NCBI RefSeq assembly: GCF_963921235.1
Contig: NC_086097.1
Location: 254,450,001-254,514,000 of the forward strand
Reading direction: 5' to 3'
DNA: 64,000 bases
Source: Mobula hypostoma
Taxonomy: Eukaryota
Part shown: positions 1-12,795 of the stretch, piece after piece
Layout: the number at the start of each line of letters is the position of its first letter
Position numbering within the stretch: position 1 is the stretch's first letter
The notes under the pieces: model-generated
The model's input: the letters and a program-made list of their open reading frames with translations, nothing else
Database searches by the model: none
Told to the model about the DNA's origin: nothing
Position numbers and translations under genes: made by a program

Positions 1-200
1 TCCCCTATACTTTCCTCCAACCTCTTTAAAATTACGCCCCCGTATTAGCCATTTCTACTAGAGAAAGTCTCTGGGTGCTCACTTGATCAGTGCCTCTTTG
101 CATCTTGGACACCTCTGTCAAGTCACCTCACATATTCCTTCACTCCAAAGAGAAAAGCCCGAGCTCACTCAACCTATCATCATAAGACAAACCTTCAAAC
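1..200 (-). mobile_element. CR1 LINE ORF2 3' fragment
   Basis: Minus strand encodes GLSYDDRLSELGLFSLE, typical of the CR1 ORF2 C-terminus; runs off the window edge. Confidence 0.75.
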
Positions 201-254
201 ATCTTTCTTTCAACAACATGCCTGTTACAGCTTAGGGAAAGAATGTTAGGTAGA

Positions 255-685
255 GAATGTGCGCCTCCATTACCAACCTCCTGGCTTCTCAATCGCTCTA
301 CCAGTGAAGACAAGACTGCTGCGAGCATCTTCATTACCAATCCCCTTGGGACTCAGTTTGTCTACCAGTGAAGACAAGACTGCCATACCTCTTCATTACC
401 AACCCCACTGTGTCTCAATCTCTCAACCATGATCACAAGGCAGCCATCTGCCTTCATTACCGATCTCTCTGCATCTCAGTCTCAACCAGTGAAGACAAGC
501 TTGTGGTGTACCCTGTTAGCAATTCCTCTGCGTCTCATCCTCTCAGTCAATGAAGACAACCAGCTGTGCGTGTTTGTTACCAAGCCCTCTGTGTGTCTCT
601 CTCTCAACCAATAAAGAAAAGGCTTCTGTACGTCTACGTTACCAATATCTCAGCACCTCAATCTCTCTCTGCCAAATCTCTCTCT
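255..685. repeat. Degenerate tandem repeat, ~61-bp unit, ~6-7 copies
   Basis: ccagtgaagacaag...ttcattaccaa...tctcaa-like units start near 301, 365, 427, 486, 547 and 608. Confidence 0.75.
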
Positions 686-704
686 CAAAGATGCACTCCC
701 TTTG

Positions 705-1360
705 AGGCAATGGATAATTGTTGCAAGGGGAAGGGGTTCTTACAGTGTGGCACAGTGCATAATTGTTCCGATGGGATTGTTATTATAGATTGACACATTG
801 GATAATTGTTCCCATGGGATGGGGTTATTACAGACTGACACAGTGGATAATTGTTCCGATGAGATGGGGTGACACAGATTAACATGGCGGATAATTGTTC
901 CGACGTGATGGGGTTATTACAGACACAGTGGATAATTGATCCAATGGGATGAGGTTATTACAGACTGACACAGTCGATAATTTTCCGATGGGATGAGGTT
1001 ATTAAAGACTGGCACGATAGATAATTGTTCCATTGGGATGGTTATTACAGACAAACACAGTGGATAATTGTTCCCATGGGATGGGGTTGTTACAGAGTGA
1101 CACAGGGCATTGATCTGATAGAATAATTATTACAGAACAGTACAGTGGATAATTGTTCCAATGGGATTGTTATTATACAGTGGCATGATGCATCATTGTT
1201 CCAAATGGATAATTCTTCAGATGGGTTTGAGTTATTGGAGACTGGCACGAAGGATAATTGTTCCCTTGAGATGGGGTTGTTACAGACTGGCACAGTGGAT
1301 AATTATTCCGCTACAATGGGGTGGGTATTAAACAGTGGCACGTGGGACAGTTGTTCCATA
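705..1360. repeat. Minisatellite, ~45-bp unit, ~14 copies
   Basis: Approximate consensus cagtggataattgttccgatgggatggggttattacagactggca repeated head to tail. Confidence 0.9.
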
Positions 1361-1364
1361 ACAC

Positions 1365-4300
1365 CATAACATCATAAGATGTAGGAGCAGAATTATGCCA
1401 TTTGGTCCATCAAATCTACTCCACCATTTCATCATGGTTGATCCATTTTCCCTCTCAGCCCCAATCTCCTGTCTTCTCACCATATCATTTATTAGAACAT
1501 AGAAATCTCAGCACATTACAGGTCCTTCGGCCCACAATGTTGTGCCAACGATGTAACCTACTCGAGAAACTGCCCAGAATTTCCCTACCGCCATTGCTGG
1601 CAGTGCATTCCATGCATCCACCACTGTGTGTGTGAAAAACGTACCCCTGACATCCCCTCTGTACCACTTCCAAGCACCTTAAAACTGTGCCCTCTCGTGT
1701 AAGCCATATCAGTCCTGGGAAAAAGCTTCTGGCTATCCAAAGGATCAATGCCTCTCATCATCTTATACACCTCTATCAGGTCACCTCTCATCCTCCGTCG
1801 CTCCAAAAAGAAGAGGCCAAGTTCCCTCAACCAATTCTCATAAGGCACACTCTCCAGTCCAGCCAACATCCCTATAAATCTCCTCTGCACTCTTTCTGTA
1901 GTATCCACATCCTTCCAGTAGTGTGGTGACCAGAACTGAGCACAGTACCCCAAGTGGACTCTGTACAAGTAGGGGATTGCCCTGACAAATCAAGGGTCTA
2001 TCAACCTCTGCCTGAAATATATGTGAAGACTTGGCTTCCACAGCTGCCTGTGGCAACAAATTCACCTTAAGACCTTTCAGTTTGCCTGGCACTTTTTTCC
2101 TTGTAATAGCAATGGCACTCACGCCTGCTCCCTGACGCTCACAGACCTCTGGCACACTGCTAGTGTCTTCCACAGTGAAGAATGATGCAAAGTACTAACT
2201 AAGTTCATCTGCACAACACACACAAAATGATGGAGGAATTCAGCAGGCCAGGTAGCATCTATGGAAAAGAGTACAGTCGATGTTTCAAGTTGAAACTCTT
2301 CAGCAGGACTGGAGAAAAAAACATGAGGAGCAGATTTAAAAGGTGGGTTCCATATTTTTGTCCTCTATTACTACCTCACCAGCATCATTTTCCAGTGGTC
2401 CAACATGAACTCTCACCTCCCCTTTACTCTCAATATAATTGTAAAAACTTTTCAAACTCTGCTTTATATTATTGGCTAGTTTGCCCTTAGATTTAATTTT
2501 TTCTCTTTTATAGCTTTTTTAGTTGCCTTTTGTCAGATTTTAAAAGCTTCCCAATCAGCCAACATCCCACTCACTTTTGCTACTATATATGCCCTTTTCT
2601 TGGCTTTTATTCAGTCCTCAACTTTCTTTGTCAGCCACAGTTGCCTACCTCGGTCCTTTGGGAACTTCCTCTGTGGGTCATATCTATCCTGCAACTTGTG
2701 AACTATTCCCAGAAACTTCAGCCATCTCTGCTCTGCCATCATCCCCGCCAGTAACCTCCTCCAATCCACCTGGGCAAGCTCCTCTCTCATGCCTCTCTAA
2801 TTCCCTTTATTCTGTTGTGACTCTGATATTGCTTCTCCCTCTCAAATTGCAGTATGAATGCAATCATATTACAGAACATAGAACATCAGAAGTTCTATGT
2901 TCCGTAATATTATGATCTGTGTCTCCTAAGGATTCGTTTACATTAAACTCCCTAATAACTTCTAGACAACACCCAATCTAAGATAGCCTTTCCCCAAGTA
3001 TGCTCAAGCACAAGCTGCTCTAAAATCCATCTTGCAGGCATTCAAGAAATTCCTTCTCTTGCGATCTGACAGCAATCTGATTTTGCCAATCCCCTTACAT
3101 ATTGAAGTCCCCCATTACAATTATGTTATTACCCAACAAAGGGAATTACAGATAATGGAATTTGTGGCTTTGTGGCAAAGTTTATGGATGATACTAAGAT
3201 AGTTGGAGGGGCAGGTAGTGCTGAGGAAGCAATGTGTTTCCAGCAGGACTTAGACAAATTGGAAGAATGGGCAAAAACATGGCAGATGGAATACAGTGTT
3301 GGGAAATATATGATAATGCATTTTGGTAAAAGGAACAATAATGCTGACTATTATCTAAATGGGGAGAAAACTCAAACATCAGAGGGACTAAGGAGTCCTA
3401 GGCCAAGTCATTGGGTATTTAAGGCAGAGATAGATAGGTTCTTGATTAGCCAGGACATCAAAGGGTATGGGGAGAAGGCAGGGGAGTGGGGATGACTGGA
3501 AGAATTGGATCAGCCCATGATTGAATGGCAGAGCAGACTCAATGGGCCGAATGGCCTGCTTCTGCTCCTACATCTTATGGTCTTATAGTCCTCGTCCAAA
3601 CTCCCAGCAGGTTAATTTACAGGTTGAGTCTGTGATAAAGAAGCCAAATGCAGTGTTGGCATTTATTTCAAGGGGAATAGAACATAAAAGCAGGGAGATA
3701 ATGCTGAGGCTTTGTAAGACAATAATTAGGCCACACTTGGAGTATTGTCAACAGTTTTGGGCCTTATATCTTAGAAAGGATGTGTTGTCATTGGAGAGAG
3801 TCCACAGGAGGTTCATGACGATGATTCTGGGAATGAAGTGGTTAACCTATGAGGAGTGTTTGGTAGCTTTGGGCCTGTACTCACTAGAATTTAGAAGAAT
3901 ATGGGGGGGGGGGGATCTCATTGAAACCTACCGAATGTTGAAGGGCCTAGATAGGGTGGATGGGGAGAGAATATTTTCTCTGGTGGGGGTATCCAGAACT
4001 AGAGAGCACAACCTCAAAACTGAGGGGTGACCCTTTAGAACAGAGGTAAGGGAGAATTTTTATAGCCAGAGAGAGTTAATCTGTTGAATGCTCTGACACA
4101 GACTGCGGTAGAGGCCAAGTCCATAAGGCAGAATTTGATCTTTTCCTGATCGGTTAGGCCATCAAAGGATATGGCGAGAAAGCAGTTGTATGGTTTTGAG
4201 TGAGATCCAGGATCAGCCACGATGGAATGGCAGAGCAGACTCGATGGGCTGAATGGCCTACTTCTGCTCTTATGTCTTATGGTCTTATTACGTGCCTTTC

Positions 4301-4900
4301 CAGCTCCCTTTGCAATCTCAACCCCACATCTTGGCTATTATTTGGATGCCTATATATGATTCCCATAATGGTTTTTTCACCATTGCAGTTTCCTAACTGC
4401 ACCCACAAAGATTCAACGTTCTCTGACCCTATGTCATCTCTTTCAAAAGAAGTAATTCCATCCCTTACCAGCAGAACCACACCACCGCCTATGCCTTGCT
4501 GCCTGTCCTTTTGATACCAAGTATATCCTTTGATGTTAAACTCCCATCTATGGCCTTCTTTCAGCCACAACTCAGTGATGCCCACAACATCATACCGACC
4601 AACCTATAATTGCCCCACAAGTTCGTCCGCCTTATTCTGAATGCTACACTCATTTAAAAAAAACACCTTCAGTCGTGCATTCTTTGCCCTTTGGAATTTT
4701 GCCTCTGTGGTACAATTTAACTCTTTGCTCTGTCTGCATTCGTACCCAGTCATTGGCTTGTCCTTCCTTACATTCATGTTACACCCATCATCTACTTGTA
4801 AACCTGCTGGCTCATCCTCAGCTCTATCATACTGGCTCCCATCCCCTGCCATATTAGTTTAAAGCACTCCCAACAGCTCTAGCAAACCTGCCTGCAAGCC
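1365..4900. mobile_element. Mosaic of CR1 LINE fragments on both strands, with a Penelope 3' end at ~2213-2345
   Basis: CR1 motifs HLGYCAQFWSPHY (minus), KFMDDTK and HLEYCQQFW (plus), and the APE motif GITELWL (minus). Confidence 0.8.
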
Positions 4901-5124
4901 TTCCTGGAATCATTCTTGTGAACCTCTCTGGACCTCCTTACCTCAACATGTCACCCCTTTGTTATGGTCTCCCGTCTGCCAGCTGTAATTTACATGGCAA
5001 AGGCAAGTACGAATTAGAACTTTATGTGGACTATGCGTGCCGGTCTCTCGAACTCTGCAGTAGGAAAGTCCAACATACAGTAAGCTTAAACTTCACGTAT
5101 GATCATCTTACACCCATTACATAC

Positions 5125-5281
5125 CTGTTTCGATGCTTCCCTGGGAACTGCTGGCCCTCCCAAGAGGAGTGTTACGATGGCTAGTGTTGCGAAACTGGGA
5201 TAAAGATGCTGTGGAATCTATTGTGTTCCTCCGTCCACCAAGCACGTTAGTTGGATAAAGAAACTGTGTGTAGGAAACGGT
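5125..5281 (-). CDS. CABLES1: CABLES1 internal coding exon (157 nt, phase 0 to 1)
   Basis: Acceptor atttccttcccag|ACC, donor ACAG|gtatgt. Translates TVSYTQFLYPTNVLGGRRNTIDSTASLSQFRNTSHRNTPLGRASSSQGSIET(G), which I recognise as the CABLES1 segment preceding the cyclin-like C-terminal region. Confidence 0.93.
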
Positions 5282-5334
5282 CTGGGAAGGAAATGATTAA
5301 AAGTGTTATCAGTGAAAATGTATCCTGAAACACC

Positions 5335-5960
5335 TTCTTGTCCCTGATCTCCATAGAGCCGACATTCCATGAGACTGATCCTGATAGAGCTGAGGTTGTA
5401 CATGACTGACAATAACCCCCATGTCTCTGATCCTTATAGAGTTGATGTTGAAGAAGACAGACAATAACCTCCTTGTCCCTGATCCCCAATAGAGCAAAAG
5501 TCGTACAAAGGGGACAACCACCCTTTTGACCCTGATCCCGATAGAGCCCAGGTTGTACAAGGGGGACAATAACCTCCTTGTCCCTGATCCTCATCAAGTT
5601 GAGGTTGTACAAGTTGGACAATAACCTCCTTATCTCTGATCCGGATAGAGTTGAGGTTGTACAAGTTGGGCAATAACTTCTTGTCTCTGATCCCGATAGA
5701 CCCGAGGTTGTACAAGTTGGACAATAACCCCCTTGTCTCTGATCCTGATAGAGTTGAAGTTGTACAAGTTGGACAATAACTTCCTTGTCCCTGATCCTGA
5801 ACAAGTCGAGGGTGTACAAGGGAGACAATAACATTCCTGCCTCTGATCCCATTAGAGCCGAGGTTGTAGAAGACGGTCAATAACCTCTTGTCCCTGAGCC
5901 CGACAGAGCTGAGGTTGCACAAGGGAGACAATAATCTCCTTGTTTCTGATTCCCAATACA
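5335..5960. repeat. Minisatellite, 52-bp unit, ~12 copies
   Basis: Approximate unit ccttgtccctgatcccgatagagctgaggttgtacaagttggacaataacct; period 52 (5581 to 5633). Confidence 0.9.
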
Positions 5961-6278
5961 GAACTTGGGATTATTGACCTTGCAATGGAGAAAGTTGGGA
6001 TATGGAGGGGTTGGTTTCAAAGAGATGAATAGTGCATAGACCTGGAACATGAGGAGAAAGCGCATCCACTGGAAGCATGATGTTGACGGACGTAAATACA
6101 CCTGTTCTCATTCTTCCCCTTCGCTGACGATTGGTCTTCAAACTGAATCCCTAAATCTATTTCTCTTTCCATAGATGCTGCCTGACTCAATGAGGATTTT
6201 CATATTTTCTGTCCATGTTTATGATTTCCAACATCTATAGTTATTTCCTTTATGTTAGAAATAAACTTTTTGTTATAA

Positions 6279-7256
6279 AGCAACACACATTAAAGTTGCT
6301 GGTGAACGCAGCAGGCCAGGCAGCATCTCTAGGAAGAGGTACAGTCGACGTTTCAGGCCGAGACCCTTCGTCAGGACTAACTGAAGGAAGAGTTAGTAAG
6401 AGATTTGAAAGCGGGAGGGGGAGGGGAGATCCAAAATGATAGGAGGAGACAGGAGGGGGAGGGATGGAGCCAAGAGCTGGACAGCTGATTGGCAAGAGGG
6501 ATATGAGAGGATCATGGGACAGGAGGCCCGGGGAGAAAGAAAAGGGGGAGGGGGGGAACCAGAGGATGGAGAAGGGGTATATTCAGAGGGACAGTGGGAG
6601 AAAAAGGAGAGAGAGAGAAAGAATGTGTGTATAAAAATAAATAAGGGATGGGGTACAAGGGGGAGGTGGGGCATTCGTGGAAGTTAGAGAAGTCAATGTT
6701 CATGCCATCAGGTTGGAGGTTACCCAGACGGAATATAAGGTGTTGTTCCTCCAACCTGAGTGTGGCTTCATCTTTACAGTAGAGGAGGCCGTGGATAGAC
6801 ATGTCAGAATGGGAATGGGACGTGGAATTCAAATGTGTGGCCACTGGGAGATCCTGCTTTCTCTGGCGGACAGAGCGTAGGTGTTCAGCAAAATGATCTC
6901 CCAGTCTGCATCGGGTCTCGCCAAATTACTTATCCTTGTAAGCGGAGAGGGACGAATGGACAAAGGAGTCACGGAGGGAGCGATCCCTGTGGAAAGCAGA
7001 AAGTGGGGGGGAGGGGGGAAGATGCATTTCCATTCGTCCCCCTCCACTGATCTCCCTCCCGGTACTTATCCTTGCAAGCGGAACAAGTGCCACACCTGCT
7101 CCTACACCTCCCCCCTCACCATCATTCAGGGCCCCAAACACTCCTTCCAGGTGAGGCAACACTTCACCTGTGGTTTCAGCCCAAAACGTCAACTGTACTC
7201 TTTTCCATAGATGCTGCCTGGCCTGCTGAGTTCCTCCAGCATTTTGTGTGTGTTGC
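6279..7256. mobile_element. Rearranged Penelope-like element: minus 3' end (6279-6925) joined to inverted pieces (6927-7256)
   Basis: Minus strand encodes the GIY-YIG C-terminus (HGLLYCKDEATLRLEEQHLIFRLG), matching 33350-33996. A plus piece encodes the CKRNKCHTC linker. Both outer ends are the element's 3' terminus. Confidence 0.85.
6343..6378 (-). ncRNA. Minimal type I hammerhead ribozyme motif, intact core
   Basis: Minus strand reads AGUC-CUGACGA-AGGGUCUCGGCCU-GAAAC-GUC-GACU. Confidence 0.8.
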
Positions 7257-7705
7257 TCTTGAAGCTTATTGTATAGTTTTGAGGGGATGATGGTATTTAG
7301 TGCCAAGTTGCAGCCGATGAAGAGCATGCTGATGTTTGCATCTTTGCTGCCCAGATGTCTTGGGATTGACGGAAGAGCCAGTCGCTCTGGTGAGCAAACT
7401 GAAGCAGATCCAAGTCACTTCACATTCAGGAGTTGCTACGTTTCAACACCAGCCTCTCAAAGCACTTCATCACAGTGGATGTGAGTGCAAGTGGTCGACA
7501 GTTACTGAGGCAGATCACTACATTCATTTTAAGCACTGGTATAATTGAAGTAGGTGGGCATCTCAGATTGGCAAAGTGAGAGGTTAATGATCTCAGTGAA
7601 GGCGCCAGCCGGTTGGTCAGCACAGTTCTTTAGTTCGGTTCGGTGCCCCGTCTGGGGCCTATGTGCTTCGTGGGTTCACCCTGCTGAAGGCTGCTCACAC
7701 GTCAG
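7257..7705 (-). mobile_element. Rex1/Babar-like LINE RT fragment
   Basis: Minus-strand peptides RPLALTSTVMKCFERLV and [11 protein letters not shown]. Confidence 0.65.
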
Positions 7706-8204
7706 CCCCAGAGATTTAAATTACACCTTTAGCCAAAGAGTGGTGAATCTGTGGAATACTTTGCCAGACAGCAGTGGAGACCAAGTCTTTATGTACAGTA
7801 TACTTAAGGCAGTAGGTGACAGATTCTTGATTGGTCAGGGCACAAAGGGAGAAGGCAGGAGCTTGGGGCTGAGAGGAAAATTGCACCAGTCATGATGAAA
7901 TGGCAGAACAGACTCGATGGGCCGAATGGCCCAATTCAGCTCCTACAGCTTATGGTCTTATAATCATAGGGGGCTGTGGGAGTGTGTGATGGTTTCTCCA
8001 TGCTTAGATGATCAACGTGAGCACAGAGGGCATTCAGCTCATCTGGAAGTGAAGACCTGCTGTCGCCAATGTAGCTTGACCAAGCTTCATAAAAGGTGAT
8101 AGTTTTCAAGCCCTGCTACAGCAGTCTTTCATCCTTTGTTGACTCAAATTTAGTTCAGAATGGCCATTTTCCCCATGAGATGACTTTCCAGAAATCATAA
8201 CACC

Positions 8205-10315
8205 ACAGAATATAAGATGTAAGAACAGAATTGGGCTAGTTGAACCATTAAGTCGGCTCCACCATTTCATCATGGCTGATCCATTTTACCTCTCGGCCAT
8301 CCCCCCGCGTCCCTTCATGACCTGACCTATCAAAGATCTATCAACCTCTGCCTTAAGTTAACGTAAAGACTTGGCCTCCACAGCCGCCTGTGGCAAAAAA
8401 TTCCACAGATTCACCACTCTCTGACTAAAGAAATTCCTCCTTATCTCCATTCTAAAAGGATGCCCCTCTATTCTGAGGCTGTGTCCTCTGGTCTTAGACT
8501 CTCCCATCATTGGAAACATCCTTTCCACAGATACTCTATCGAGGCACTTCACCATTTGATAGGTTTCAATCAGGTCACCCCTCATTCTTCTGAATTCCAG
8601 GGCATACAGGCCCAGTAACATCAAATGCTCTTCATATGACGAACTATTCAATCCTGGAATCATTTTAGTGAACTTCCTTTGAAACCTCTCCAGTTTCAGC
8701 ACATTCTTTCTAAGATAAGGGCCCAAAACTGCTCACTATACTCCAAGTGAGACTTCACCAGTGCTTTATAAAGTCTCAACATTACATCTTTGCTTTTATA
8801 TTCTAGTCCTCTTACAATGAATGCTAACATTACATTTGCCTCCCTCACCACAGACTCAATCCGTGCACTAACCTTTAGGGAATCCTGCACAAGGACTCTC
8901 AAGTCCCTTTGCAGCTCAGATTTTTGTATTTTCTCTCCATTTAGAAAATTGTCAACCTTTTCTTTTTTTCTACCAAAGTGCATGATCATATACTTCCTGA
9001 TGCTATATTCCATCTGCCACCTCTTTGCCCATGCTCCAGACCTGTCCAAGTCCTTCTGTAGCCTCTCTATTTCCTCAGAACTTCCACCTAGTTTATCATG
9101 AGCCTCCAAATATTCTGAAACCATATCCTTAACAATTGACTCCAACATCTTCCCAACCACTGAGGTCAAACTAATTTCCTTTCCTCTGCCTCTCTCTCTT
9201 CTTCCCTTCTTGAAGAGTGGACTGACATATACAAATTCCAGTATTCCAGAACCATTCCAGAATCTAGTGATTCTTGAAATATCATCTCTAATCTCTTCTG
9301 CCAGCTCTTTCAGAACCCTTTGGTGTACGCCATCTAGTCCAGGTGACTTATCTACCTTCAGACCTTTCAGTTTCCCAAGAACCTCCTCCCTGGTAATAAT
9401 AATTTCACACACTTCAGGACCCCTGACACCTGGAACTTCCACCATATTGCTAGTGACTTTCACAGTGAACACTGATGCAAAATACTTATTCAGTTCATTC
9501 GCCATTTCCTTGTCCCCCATTACTACCTCTCCAGCATCGTTTTCCAGTGGTCCAATATCCACTGTCACCTCTGTTTTAAATTTTATGTATCTGAAGAAAC
9601 ATTTGGTATCCTCTATAATATTAATGGTGAGCTTACTTTCCTATTTCATCTTTCTCTTAATGACTTTTTTAGTTGCGCAATATTGGATTTTAAAAGCTCC
9701 CAATCCTCCAACTTCCCACTAATTTGTTGCTCTAGTATATGCTCTCTCTTTATTTTAGCTTTGACTTCTCTTGTTAGCCATGGTTGTGTCATCTTGCCTT
9801 TAGAACACTTCTTCCTCTTTGGGATGCATATGTGTATATTCTGCCTTCTGAACTGCTTCCAGAAATTCCAGCCATCGCTGCTCTGCCATCATCCCTGCCA
9901 GTGTTCTTTTCCAATCAATTCAGGCCAACTCCTCGCTCACGCCTCTGTAATTCCCTCTATGAGACCATAAGACCATAGGATATAGGAGCAGAATTAGGCC
10001 AGTTAGGCCATTGAGTCTGCTCCGCTATTTCATCACGATTGATCCAATTTTCCTCTCAGTCCCAACCTCCTTCTTTCTCCCCATATCCCTTCATGACCTG
10101 AGCAATCAAGATACTGTCAACCTCTGCCTTAAATATACACACTGACTTGGCCTCCACAGCTGCCTGTGGCAAAGAATTACAAATAGTCACCACTCTCTGG
10201 CTAAAGAAATTCCTCCTCATCTCTGTTCTTTATTCCACTTTAATACGTTCTTTTGCCTTAAGCTCTCTAATCAATTTTGGTTCATTGCACAACACACAAT
10301 CCAGAATAGCAGAAT
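8205..10315 (-). mobile_element. CR1 LINE ORF2, internally deleted, with an extra CR1 3' end near 9960-10230
   Basis: ORFs 8696-9568 (KSPGLDG, LTSVVGKMLE) and 8358-8726 (C-terminus). Confidence 0.85.
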
Positions 10316-10317
10316 AG

Positions 10318-11495
10318 GCATTCTATAAGGTGCCACATAAAACACTTGTCCATAAGATAAGGAAGCACAGAGTTGGGGGTGATGTATAAGGACAGACAGA
10401 GGATTGGTTAACTAACAGAAAGCAGAGAGTTGGGATACATGGGTGTTACTCTGGTTGGCAATCAGTGGTGAGCGGTGTGCCACAGGGGTCGGTGCTGGGC
10501 CCACAACTGTTCACGATATACATTAACAATCTGCAAGAGGGGACCTTGTGTAGTGTGTCTAAGTTTGCTGATGATACTAAATTGAGTGGGAAAGTAAATT
10601 GTATAGAAGATATGAAGAGTCTGCAGAGAAATATAGATAGGTTAAGTGGGCAAGGGTCTGGCATATGGAGTACAATGTTGGTAAATGTGGGGTCATCCAA
10701 TTTGGAAGGAAAAATAGAAGATCAGATTATTATTTAAAAGGTAAAAACTTGCAGCACGCTGCTGTGCAGAGGGACTTGGGAGTGCTTGTGCATGAATCAC
10801 AAAAGGTTGGTTTGCAGGTGCAGCAGGCTATCAAGAAGTCAAAAGGAATGTTGGCCTTCATTGCTAGAGGGATTGAATTTAAGAGCAGGGAGGTCATGCT
10901 GCAACTGTACAGGGTATTGGTGAGGCCACACCTGGAGTACTGTGTGCAGTTCGGGTCTCCTTACTTGAGGAAGGATATATTGCCTTTGGAGGTGGTGCAG
11001 AGGAGGTTCACCAGGTTGATTCCAGAGATGAGGAGATTCGACTATGAGGAGAGATTGAGTCACCTGGGACTGTACCCTCTGGAATTCAGAAGAATGTGAG
11101 ATCTTATAGAAACATGTAAAATTATGAAAAGGATAGATAAGATAGAGGCAGGAAAGTTGTTTCCACTGGCAAGTGGGACTAGAACTAGGGGATATAGCCT
11201 CAAGATTTGGGGGAGTAGATTTAGGATGGAGATGAAGAGGAACTGCTTTTCCCAGAGGGTGATGAATCTGTGGAATTCTCTGCCCAATGAAGCAGTGGAG
11301 GATACCTCAGTGAATATATTTAAGATAAGGTTGGACAGATTTTTTGCATAGTAAGGGAATTAAGGGTTATGGGAAAAGGCAGGTAGGTGGAGATGAGTCC
11401 ATGGTCAGATCAGCTATGATCTTATTGAATGGTGGAGCAGGCTTGATGGGCCAGATGGCTGACTCCTGCTCCTATTTGTTATGTTCTTATGTTTT
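10318..11495 (+). mobile_element. 5'-truncated CR1 LINE
   Basis: [10 protein letters not shown] and KFADDTK RT motifs, RPHLEYCVQF, and a tgttcttatgt tail. Confidence 0.9.
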
Positions 11496-11619
11496 CTTGT
11501 CCCTAGTGGGCTCAACAAAGCTAACTCATAGGCATTCTAGAAAATCCCCCTCTTGGGATCCAGCACCGACCTGATTTTTCCCAATCTACCTGCAAATTGA
11601 AATCCCCCACGACTATAGT

Positions 11620-12370
11620 AACATTAGTCACACCTGGACCCCTTTGAATTTTCTTGGTCACCAGACTTCAATACTTCTGATCTGGCCCTCAGCAGATTGC
11701 GGATCTCATTGTTTATCCAGGACTTCATGTTGGGTAAGTTTCTGAATGACTTCGTGGGGACAAACTTGTCTACAACTGTTTTAATAAAGTCCATGACAGC
11801 CATAGTATACTCATTCAGATCCACAGATTAGTCCTTCAACACAGCACAATTTATCAACTTGAAGCAACTCCATAGGCATTCCTCTGCCTCCGGCAAACAC
11901 TTGTTTGTTGTGATAACCACTGGAGCTTTGCTCTTTAGCCTCTGCCTGGATGCAAGTGGGAGGCCAGCCAAGGGATCAGATTTACCAAAATTTGGTCTGG
12001 GCATGGAATAGTGGGCATTCCTTAGCTTAGTATAACAGTGGTCTCACGTGTTGGGACCTCTGGTGCTACAGGTTATATGCTGATGGTAACTGGGCAGAGT
12101 TTTCTTCAAACAAGCCTGGTTAAAGTCTCCAACTATGATTTGAACTGCATCAGGGTGGATCGTTTCTTGTTTGGGGACAGTGGCATGCAGTATCTTAAGT
12201 GGTTGATTATATTCAACTGCTGGTGGTAAGTAAACCGTGGTCAGGATATGGAGGAGAACTCCCTCGGTAAACAAAATGTGTGGCATTTGACCGTGAGGTG
12301 TTCCAGGTCAGGGGAGCACGAGTTCTGCAGTACTACCACACCGGAGTATCACAGGCTTATCATGAAACAC
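11620..12370 (-). mobile_element. Rex1/Babar-like LINE endonuclease region, degraded
   Basis: Peptides TVYLPP, IIVGDFNQACLK and HITCSTRGPNT. Confidence 0.65.
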
Positions 12371-12795
12371 ACACACCTCCACCTTTTTTTAAGAGAAGAA
12401 CGAGGCTAAATACAGTGTCTTCAGGTTGGCAGGTTCTTGGTTAGTCAGGGCATCAATGGTTATAGGGAGAAGGCTGGAGAATGGCATTGAGAGGGATACT
12501 AAATCAGCCATTACGAAATGGTGGAGCAAACTCGATGGGCCAGGTGGCCTAATTCTGCTCCTATACATGAAAACATCTGCAGGAGCTGGAAATCCAAAGC
12601 ACCACACACAAAATGCTGAAGGAACTCAGCAGGTGCACTTGACCATAAGACCATTCAGCCCATCGAGGCTGCTCCACCATTCCATCATGGCTGATCCCGG
12701 AACCCACTCAATCGCACACACCTACCTTTTCGCCATATCCTTTGATGCCTTGACCAATCAGGAAACTATCAACTTCCAGTAAGCGTCTAGACAAA

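Noticed and set aside
705..1360. Regularly spaced repeats resembling a CRISPR array (also 5335-5960)
   Set aside because: Whole units repeat with no unique spacers, there are no cas genes, and the context is eukaryotic.
5247..5931. ORFs of 201 and 165 aa with YCPTC-like repeats
   Set aside because: These are translations of the 52-bp minisatellite; the period is not a multiple of 3.
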